The translations under genes were made by a program, and so were the position numbers. From positions 1,376,001 to 1,440,000 of the forward strand of contig OZ241863.1 in assembly GCA_965203055.1 (NCBI GenBank): 64,000 nucleotides of DNA, written 5' to 3'. Below, piece by piece: positions 19,738 to 29,704 of the stretch. The stretch's first letter is position 1, and each line of letters starts with the position of its first letter. The notes under the pieces were generated by a model that was not told the DNA's origin, made no database searches, and saw nothing but the letters and a program-made list of their open reading frames with translations. The DNA is from Spirochaetia bacterium. Its GTDB lineage: Bacteria > Spirochaetota > Spirochaetia > SZUA-6 > Bin103.

Positions 19738-20384
19738 TCGGCGGCTCCTTGCCCGGCGTCCGGTCCGCACCACGCCAGGCAGTTGCGCAATATGCATTGA
19801 TACGCCGGGTGTTGCCACACCTCCGGGTTGTGGCCGGGGGTGAGCATACAGACCCGGCCTGCGCCGTGGCGGCGGGTCCAGCCCGCCGGTTGGGTGCCGT
19901 GCTCGGAGGCGGTGCGCAGAAACAGGTCCACCTGGGGATCGTTCATTGCCATCCGATAGTGTTCGTCCCGCAGGGTGAACGCGCTGCTGCCCCGGGTCAG
20001 GGGATGACCCGGCCGCGGCTGGACGGTGACCGGACACTGCGGCGGGTGGCCGGCGAAGACGCCGCCCATGAGCCGGCGCAGTGAAGGCGAGTCGTCGTAC
20101 AATGCCGAGCCGGAGTGCAGCACCAGCAGGCCGTTGCCGCGCGCCACGTAGTCGGCCAGGGCGCGGCCCTCGGTCTCGGTGGCCCACGGCGCCGAATCGG
20201 TCTGCGAGCGGTTGTTGGCCTTGGAGAAGATCACCAGCGGATATTCGGCCATCCGCTCCGCGGACCAGCGGTCAGGGTCTTCGAGCCAGTCGAACCGGAG
20301 GCCGCAGTCGCCAAGGCCAAGCAATCCGGCGCGGGTGAGCGCACCGGGATGGGCGCTGTCATCGCACAACACGAGCGTACGCAT
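19734..20384 (-). CDS. ThuA-like (class I glutamine amidotransferase-like) protein
   Basis: GNGLLVLHS, GGVFAGHP, HPLTRG..FTLRDEHY, GRVCMLTPGH. Confidence 0.85.
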   Translation of the reverse strand: MRTLVLCDDSAHPGALTRAGLLGLGDCGLRFDWLEDPDRWSAERMAEYPLVIFSKANNRSQTDSAPWATETEGRALADYVARGNGLLVLHSGSALYDDSPSLRRLMGGVFAGHPPQCPVTVQPRPGHPLTRGSSAFTLRDEHYRMAMNDPQVDLFLRTASEHGTQPAGWTRRHGAGRVCMLTPGHNPEVWQHPAYQCILRNCLAWCGPDAGQGAAE

Positions 20385-20554
20385 ATCTGTTTCTGTATCG
20401 GCGCCGCGGCGAGTGGAGCGGAGTATGTCGAAGCGCTGGCATCAGATTCCTCCCCCAGCGCGCGAGCCGCGGGCATTGGCCTGACAGGCCATTGCCGCGG
20501 TCGGCGTAGCGCAAATCGGCGGGCGCATTAAGGTGACGTTCTCGGCGATCTTGG

Positions 20555-21949
20555 TCACCGGTGTACCGGCGCCTGACGATCCTCGCCGGGGCGCCCGAAT
20601 CCGGCGCCGGCGTGGCGGTAGCGGTGATGGGCGGCGCACAGCAGGCGGAGATTGTTCGGCTCGGCGGCGCCGCCGCAGGCATACGGCACGACGTGATCGA
20701 TCTGCAGCAGGTGTTGGGAGCCGCAGCGGCGCCCGCTGGTGCGGTCCACGTAGCGGCAGCGGCCCCGGTCGCGCCGCCAGACCTCGCGCTTGACCGCCGC
20801 CGGGATGGCGCGGCCGGGCACGCCCGGCTTCGCTGCCGAAGTCTGGGTCCGCGGCGGCGCAGCCGGCTGCGCGCACGCCGTCGCAGCCTGCCGGCCGAGA
20901 CGCCGCGTCTTCGGCGCCGAAGTTGCGTCGCCCGCCGGCTTCGCTGCCGAAGTGTCCGGGCGGTCCGGGCGGTCCGGGCGGCGGTTCGCCTTCAACGGCG
21001 AAGCGGCTTCGCCTCCCGGCTGCGCCGGCGCCTGAGCCGATACCTTCGCCGCCGAAGGAGCGGCGCTGTCCGCGCTGGCCTCCTGCTTCGCTGCCGGGGC
21101 AGCGCCGCGAGCCGAGGCCGCCTGCGTCTTCGGCGCCGAAGTCTGCTCGGCTCCTTTGGCCGGCGCGGCGCGCCGCCCACGCGGCGGCCGGGCCGGGTCG
21201 TGGCGGTCGAGCCCTTCCCGCACCAGCCGCGCCATGAGCTGTCCCAACTTCAGGTGCGGATCGACGTGGGACAGGAGGCCCTTGAGCCGCTCCAAGCCCC
21301 GCCGGCACTCATCGTCGATCACCGCCTTGAGCTCCCAGCGCCCGCCGCCCAGGGGCCGCACCCGATCCGCCGGCGCCGCCAGCTCCGGGTCCACCTCGGC
21401 CAGCAACTGCATCACCTCTCGGCTGCTCTTGCCGGACGCCTGCTCCACCAGCTCCCGCCGCGCCTCCGGGTCCAGCACCGGCACCGACCCCGGTTTCCGC
21501 TCCGCCGGCCGCGGCGGCGCCGAGCCCTCCTGCGACTGAGCGGCAGCCCCGAACCCGGCCCCGCCCGGCGCGCTACGCGCCGCGCGTTCCTTCTTGCGCT
21601 CCTGCCGGTCGAACGCATGCTGCAACTGCGCGGCCGCGTTCAGCGTCATTGAGCCATTCCGCAGGCGCTCGCGCACGCCGTCGACGTCCGCGCAGAGCCG
21701 CATCGCCTTGATGCGCCGCCACGCCGCGGCGTCGCTGTAACCCAGCTCGCGCACCGCGTAATCGAACAGACTCGAGAACCCGCGCCGCAGGTATAGGCGG
21801 CGCTTCTGAATCTCGCGCAGGTGGTCGATCACGACCACTTCGAGATGGTGTTCGATGCGGGAAAGTTCCTTGGTCCGCTCCAGCAAGCGGTCGTCTGAGA
21901 GGGCGGAAACGGTAGTGGTGACGGCCCCGACGGAAGCATGATTGTTCAT
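20555..21949 (-). CDS. HNH endonuclease with DUF222-like N-terminal domain, intact copy (464 aa)
   Basis: N-domain HLREIQKRRLYLRRGFSSLFDYAVRELGYSDAAAWRRI, TSAAK/TSAPK linker and C-terminal HNH. Start set at ATG 21949 by the promoter position and by copy 1. Confidence 0.88.
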   Translation of the reverse strand: MNNHASVGAVTTTVSALSDDRLLERTKELSRIEHHLEVVVIDHLREIQKRRLYLRRGFSSLFDYAVRELGYSDAAAWRRIKAMRLCADVDGVRERLRNGSMTLNAAAQLQHAFDRQERKKERAARSAPGGAGFGAAAQSQEGSAPPRPAERKPGSVPVLDPEARRELVEQASGKSSREVMQLLAEVDPELAAPADRVRPLGGGRWELKAVIDDECRRGLERLKGLLSHVDPHLKLGQLMARLVREGLDRHDPARPPRGRRAAPAKGAEQTSAPKTQAASARGAAPAAKQEASADSAAPSAAKVSAQAPAQPGGEAASPLKANRRPDRPDRPDTSAAKPAGDATSAPKTRRLGRQAATACAQPAAPPRTQTSAAKPGVPGRAIPAAVKREVWRRDRGRCRYVDRTSGRRCGSQHLLQIDHVVPYACGGAAEPNNLRLLCAAHHRYRHAGAGFGRPGEDRQAPVHR

Positions 21950-22023
21950 GACATAAGTATAGTCATGGAAACTACTTGAGTCAAGTAGTTCGGGCCCGTA
22001 ATATGCCACCTGTGGGCGTGACT
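20556..22023 (-). mobile_element. HNH-endonuclease cassette, copy 2
   Basis: Inverted homologue of 4703-6116 with the same boundaries. Confidence 0.6.
21956..21990 (-). promoter_or_regulatory. Sigma70 promoter overlapped by perfect palindrome AACTACTTGA-N-TCAAGTAGTT (21970-21990)
   Basis: TTGACT (21984-21979)-N17-TATACT (21961-21956), ATG 6 nt downstream. Confidence 0.8.
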
Positions 22024-22056
22024 CGGCGGCGCATCTCCAAACGGTTGGACGTTCCA

Positions 22057-22959
22057 TCAGAAGTTACTGCCGAGAATGTCGCCGGCGTCGACAGGGCGCG
22101 ATCTACCGGGTACCGAGGGGGCGGCGGCGGTGCCGGCGCGGGCTTCGGCGGCGGCGCGGTCGGCGTTGAGGGCGAGGAGGCGGGCGAGCACTTCGTCGCG
22201 GACTTCGTCAGGCCAACGCCAGCGGTAGGGCTTCTTCTTGCGGCCCCAGGAGGCCTCATCGATCGCGTAGTCGAGGAGGAGGCCGCAGGCGGTCGGAATG
22301 TCGCTCCAGCCGTAGGCGTCGAGCACGGCGCGGTCCATGGCGGCGTGCAGCTCGCGCAGTTCGGCGATGCGCGGGTCGGTCTCGTAGAGATCGTGAAAGC
22401 GGTTGTAGGTTTGGGTCATGCCTTCGCCGTTGTCCACCATGAGCGCGGCGCGGTGTTCGTAGTATGCCCTGCCGGCGGCTTCGAGGGCGGGATGAGTGTC
22501 CCAGCCGTCCGGGAACGGGAAGGTCTCGAAGCAATCGGAGGGGGTATAGCGGAGGTCGTCCTTCATTGACGAGCCAAGGAAGCGGACCCAGACTTCGTGC
22601 GGGCGGGATTGTAACGCGCAGAGTGCCGAGTACGTCTGGAACGGATAGACATTCAACGTGTGGGCATACACTTTGTTGGAAGGTAAGAAGGCGAACTGGA
22701 GGTTCGCGCTGACCTGAGAGTTGGCCAATACGCGCTCCATTCCCGCGATGGCAGCATAGAGGTCCTTGGCGTGGTGCATGAACTGCCACCACACGGCCGC
22801 CCGATGTCCATGGCCTGACTTGCTTCGTTTGGTCGATGCCAAACGGGCCGGCTTTACTTTCTCCTCCAAGATCGCTAGCAAATCGGGCCAGCGCCGGCGA
22901 CATTCCTCCTCGCTTCGCTCGCCGAGATTGGTGACGTAGCGATGGTGCTCGTGGGTTGG
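22057..22959 (-). pseudogene. C-terminal (target recognition) part of the IS-interrupted Eco57I/DrmMI-like methyltransferase
   Basis: PTHEHHRYV..., SSMKDDLRYTPSDCFETFPFP, TQTYNRFH, LRELHAAMDRAVLDAYGW, EVLARLLALN; no proper start or RBS. Confidence 0.85.
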
Positions 22960-23296
22960 CAAGCACGAGAAGCGGCGGCGCAGGAGGCGCCGTCGAGGTC
23001 CCGCTAGAGCGGTCAGATCGGCGCCGGTCGGGAGGGCGTGATGGCGCTTGCGAACGGCTGGTGGCGGCGGGACGGTAGCGCGGGAGCAACTGCCGGCGGG
23101 CGGTCGCCGGCGCCATTCGCAAGCGCCTCCCGCTGGCAGTGAGCGCGGACCCGCGGAGGGGGGCGGGCAGGTGGTCGAGCGAAGCTTGGTACTCGTCCCG
23201 GAGGTCGCGCAGCGCGCGCACCCATCGGCTATTGAGCAGCGTTACGTAACGGCCGCTGACCGGCTGCTGCTGCGCTGCTCGCCGCAGGCGGTTCCG

Positions 23297-23584
23297 TCAG
23301 TCGCGGCCGTAGCCGAGCGGCGGCTCGATGCTCTCCAGGTCAGCCAGATCAAGCTCGCAGATCGCCTCCAGCTTGGCGCCGAGCGCGGATTCGCGGAGCG
23401 GGTCGGGCAGGTTGTCGAGCCAAGCCTGGTACTCGCCCTGGAGGTCGCGCAGGGTGCGCACCGCATCCTGCCAGCGTTGCGGGCGCGACCGGCGGTCGTG
23501 CGGCTTGCGGTACTGTACTTGGCGGGCCTCGGCCTTGCGGCGCGCGCGATAGCGGCGTTGGCGTGCCGCGTTGGTCAACGCCAT
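23297..23584 (-). CDS. Small IS21-associated accessory protein (95 aa)
   Basis: Starts 3 nt after the istB stop; MALTNAARQRRYR...RSRPQRWQDAV...EYQAWLDNLP...PPLGYGRD. Confidence 0.7.
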   Translation of the reverse strand: MALTNAARQRRYRARRKAEARQVQYRKPHDRRSRPQRWQDAVRTLRDLQGEYQAWLDNLPDPLRESALGAKLEAICELDLADLESIEPPLGYGRD

Positions 23585-23587
23585 CGG

Positions 23588-26022
<2,435 letters not shown>

Positions 26023-26199
26023 TTACGGGTGAAATCTCGGAGCACCCTATCAACGCCGGGCCGGCCACGATCACCGACTGCGAAGCCCCCACGCGGAGCG
26101 CCGCCGCGGGCCGGTGGCTACGGTCGGGCTACGCCCTCCCGCCGCCACCGGCGGCCCCTCCGATCCTCCTCTGTCGGAGGCCGCCGCCCTACTCGCGCG

Positions 26200-26247
26200 T
26201 TCTCATCTTGATTGTCGCTGCATTCTCATCTTGATTGTCGCTGAACA
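26200..26247 (-). repeat. IS21 left end: TGTT plus two direct 21-bp repeats CAGCGACAATCAAGATGAGAA
   Basis: Identical units at 26200-26220 and 26223-26243. Confidence 0.9.
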
Positions 26248-29200
26248 GCCGTTGCATGTCGGCGAGCGGTGACGCGACGCCTTTCTTGTCGGTGTCGTCG
26301 AAGGTGAAGCCCATGCCAAGTATGGAGCTCCCAACAAAGCTCTTGCCGGTGTTCGCCGCAAGCCGTACGGGGTCGGCATGACCGCCGCGATGAAACAGGA
26401 ACGCCGTGATGCGGTTCACCGGCGTACCGTCGAGCATCCTTCTGCCCGACGACTTGCCCTTCTCTATGTGTACCACGCTGACGACGACCGCGGCATCGCC
26501 AGGCCATTTGACCCGCTTGGTGGCGCGGTAGATATGACCGCCATGCTCGCAGATCCAGCGCAGACCGCTGGATCGGGTATCTCCTTGGGCAATGGTGTTC
26601 GTAGCGATCAATCCGAGTGCCCCGCCGTTTCGTAGCAAGTCAAAGGCGCGCCGGTAGAAGTGGGCAACCACGTCACACTTGCCGGCGCTTCCGGGATGTT
26701 GGGTGCGGAGCCAGTCGGTGTAATGGCTCACGTTGCCGTCGACTGTTGTAACGTGACCTGCGAACGGCGGGTTGCCCACGAAGCCGTCGAAGCCGGGGTT
26801 CTCCCGCTCGAACACCTCGGGAAACTCGATCTCCCAGTGGAACGGCGCAAAGGGCACCTCGGCGTTACGGCGCGCCTTCAACTCCGCGGCGTAGCGCCGC
26901 GCCTGCCGCGTCAGGATTGCTTCCTGATACGCCTCCAGGCGGGCCGTGCGCTCCTTCGGCTTCGAGCCCTCGAAGAACGCCGCCAGCGTCAGATCGCCGA
27001 ATCGCCGCACCTCGGTCAGCACGTCCCGCGCTGCGCGCCACAGCGTCCGCAGCTGCCGCTCGGTCACGGTGTCGTCCGCTTCCCGAATCCGGCGCCGCAA
27101 CGCGGCGGCCTGTTCCATCGCCTCGCGCACCCCGAAGCCGGCCAGGATCGGCTGCCCGCCCTGCCAGTGCAGCGCTTCGATCTGCCGCCGCGTCAGCCCC
27201 ACCAGCGAGTCGCCGCGGCGGAAGGCGTGGTCCACGAAGGTGAACGGATGGTCGCGCGCCAGCGTGCTCAACCACAGCGACACCTTGGCCAGGTCCACCG
27301 CCATCGGGTTGCGGTCGATGCCGTACAGACACCGCTGCGCCACCAGCCGGCGCGCGAAGGTCACTTGGTCCTCATCCGGCGGAACGTCGGGCGTGGCGCC
27401 GTGCGCGCCCCATGCCTCGATCAGCGCGTCGGCCAACTGGCGGCAGGTCTCCACCAGAAACGCCCCCGAGCCCATCGCCGGATCGCAGATCTTGAGATCG
27501 AGGAGCTCCTCCGGCTCCGGCGGACGGCCGTCCGCCCCGCGCAGCCGCTCCAGCAGCGGCGCCAGGGTGTGGCGCACGATCGGCTCGGTCAGCTCGCGCG
27601 GCGTGTAGTGCGAGCCGGAACGGCGCCGCTCCTCGTTGGGCTGCAGCACCAGCCCGCCGCGCGGCACCAGGTCCGGCGTCGCGGCGTGATCCAGCACCCG
27701 GTCCAGCGCCGCGTGCAGGTCGTTCACCGTCCGCGCGGCGCGCAGCCCCTTGGCGACCGCGGCGCTGACGGGGCGGTCGGCGCGCTCCTGCAGCCAGCGC
27801 CCGCGGCGCGCGGGGGGATGCGCCAGCAGCGCGTCCAGGTCGATGGTGGTGGGCGCGCCCAGCTTCTTCGCCGGCTTGACCGCCAGCGAACGCCCGGTCG
27901 CAGTCTCCAGGCGAAACCCCATGATCGTCTCGTACACCGAGCCGATCTGCTCCACGTCCAGCGTCCGGTAGGAGAGCCGCTCCCCGTCCAGCACCAGCAG
28001 CTTTTCCAGCACCCGGTAGACCACCCCGTCCGACACCCGCGGCGGCTCCAGCCGCGCGTGCCGCTGCCGCGACCCGCCGCCGCTGCGGCCCTCCAGAAAC
28101 CGGTAGCGGTCGGGATCGAACAGCGCCCCGCGGCGCTCCGGCAGACTCACCGCGCCGCCGGTGCGGTCAGCCGGCACCCCGTCGTGGAGCAGGCGAAACA
28201 GCACCACCAACTGCGCCCAGGCGCCATAGCGCTGATCCATGGTGTCCGGGTAGGCCGCAGCGTCCTTGCGCAGCCGCCGGTAGAGGCCGCCCAGCAAGTA
28301 GTGGCGCGCGAAGGTCTCGTCCTTTGGCAGCAGGCCGCGCTCCTCCGCGTACAGCAGAAAGACCAGCCGCAGGATCACGGTGAGCAGCCCGCGGTAGATG
28401 GCGTTGCGGTCCCCGCCGGCCGCCAGCGGCTCGCTCAGCAGCGCCCCGTCGGTGGCGGCATGGGCGTTCTGGAAGCCGCGCACCAGTTCGTACAGCGCGT
28501 GCAGCACCTGCTCGGCCAAGCGTTCGGAGACCTCGTTCTGGTACAGCCGGCTGTCGGCCAGCACGGCGGTGAGGCGTTCATGACGCGGCAGCGCCAGCAG
28601 CCGCTGTTCGGACAGAAGCAGGTGCAGGGCGGAACACAACGGGCGCCCGGCGGTAGTGAGCAGGTCGGCGAAGCGGAAATCGATCCAGCCGGAACTCTCG
28701 CCGTGCGGGGCGGAGATCAGGCGCAGCGCAACGCCGTTGACCAGCACGCCGGCGCGCACCCCGGTGGCGCGCAGCAGGCGTTCGGCGCGCCCCTGGGCGG
28801 ATGCGTCCAGCCCGCCGGGGCCGGGCGCCGGGCGGTCGAACTCCTGGCCGGCGGCCAGCACCTGCACCAGCAGTTGCCACGGCGAGTCGCCGTTCGCCGG
28901 GTCGCGCTCGCGCACCGCGAAGTCGGGGCGCAGGGTCTCGCCGTAATCGGGCAGCGGCAGCGTGAGTTCTTCAGGGATCGGAGTTTCTGCAGTGAAGCCG
29001 GCGTAGCCCCGGGGCGAGAAGCCCCAGCCGAGCACTGCGGCGGCGAACTCGCGGAAGTCGCGGATGCATGCGATAGGCTGCCGGTCGGGAGCGAGCGGAG
29101 CGAGCTCGCGTTCCTCGGCGCAGCCGGCGAGCAGCGCCTGCCGGTGGGCGTCCTGCCGGTTGACGAACGCGCCCGCCTTGAGCAGCGCCGGCGGCGACAC

Positions 29201-29272
29201 CACCAAGCCGTGCGGCTGGATGTAGCCCAGCCATTCCAGGTGCGCGCGCGTGTTCGGATCGGCAGCAGGCAT
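26248..29272 (-). pseudogene. N-terminal part of a large Eco57I/type IIG-like N6-adenine methyltransferase (DISARM DrmMI-like), interrupted by IS21
   Basis: AHLEWLGYIQPHGLVVS start, GSHYTP, DPAMGSGAFL, YGIDRNP, GNPPF. Coding switches to IS sequence after ...SPLADMQR. The DrmMI likeness is from memory. Confidence 0.8.
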
Positions 29273-29439
29273 CGTTTTCAGCAGCCCTCATAATAGCCTA
29301 CCCGACGACCAAGGGGACGCAGGTAGCGCCGGCGGCAGAGCGGACAGGAGGCTTCTTGCCAGGGTCTGCCAACAAATTGGAAATGCGCCCTCGGCGCGGT
29401 GGGTTGACACTTGCGGCGCGCTGCTGGCAAGTTGCAGGC

Positions 29440-29640
29440 GGTTGGTTACCAAGCACGTTACTGGGCCTGGGCTTGGCGTCGTTGACGGGCACCCCGGGTC
29501 GGGCATCGCCTGATGTCCATGCCGACGAAACTTTAATGTTGAGGAGGTAATTGTCAGTTGAGTGAAATACGAGCCCGTGTGAGGTATCGCACGGGCTGAT
29601 CCACCTGGGCCGCCCTCCGAAGGGGCGGCCCTTTCTTTTC
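29440..29640 (+). ncRNA. Candidate structured small RNA (~200 nt), family unknown
   Basis: TTGACA at 29404; hairpins at ~29464-29500, ~29498-29526 and 29572-29597; then an intrinsic terminator. No convincing ORF. Confidence 0.35.
29607..29640 (+). terminator. Rho-independent terminator
   Basis: GGGCCGCCCT-CCGAA-GGGGCGGCCC followed by TTTCTTTTC. Confidence 0.85.
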
Positions 29641-29704
29641 CGAACGCGGCCACGGCGCGGTACGGCCGGCAGCGCGGCGCTCGCGGTGGTACACTTGACC
29701 ACCC

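Noticed and set aside
20467..20499. Imperfect hairpin downstream of HNH copy 2
   Set aside because: No U tract, not shared with copy 1 and not repeated elsewhere; too weak to call a terminator or REP.
20828..21141. Palindrome array as a CRISPR array
   Set aside because: Repeats are only 14 bp, spacing is irregular (30-81 bp) and in frame within a CDS, and there are no cas genes. Kept as a non-CRISPR finding.
4690..22040. Target-site duplication around the HNH-bracketed segment
   Set aside because: The outer flanks (..GGCTCCT and CGGCGGC..) do not match, so a classical composite transposon is not supported.
29510..29550. CTGATG...CGAAAC as a hammerhead ribozyme, or ADETLMLRR* as a tmRNA tag
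   Set aside because: The core lacks CUGAnGA and I could not build the three stems. There are no tRNA-like tmRNA ends and the peptide lacks the usual Ala-Ala terminus.
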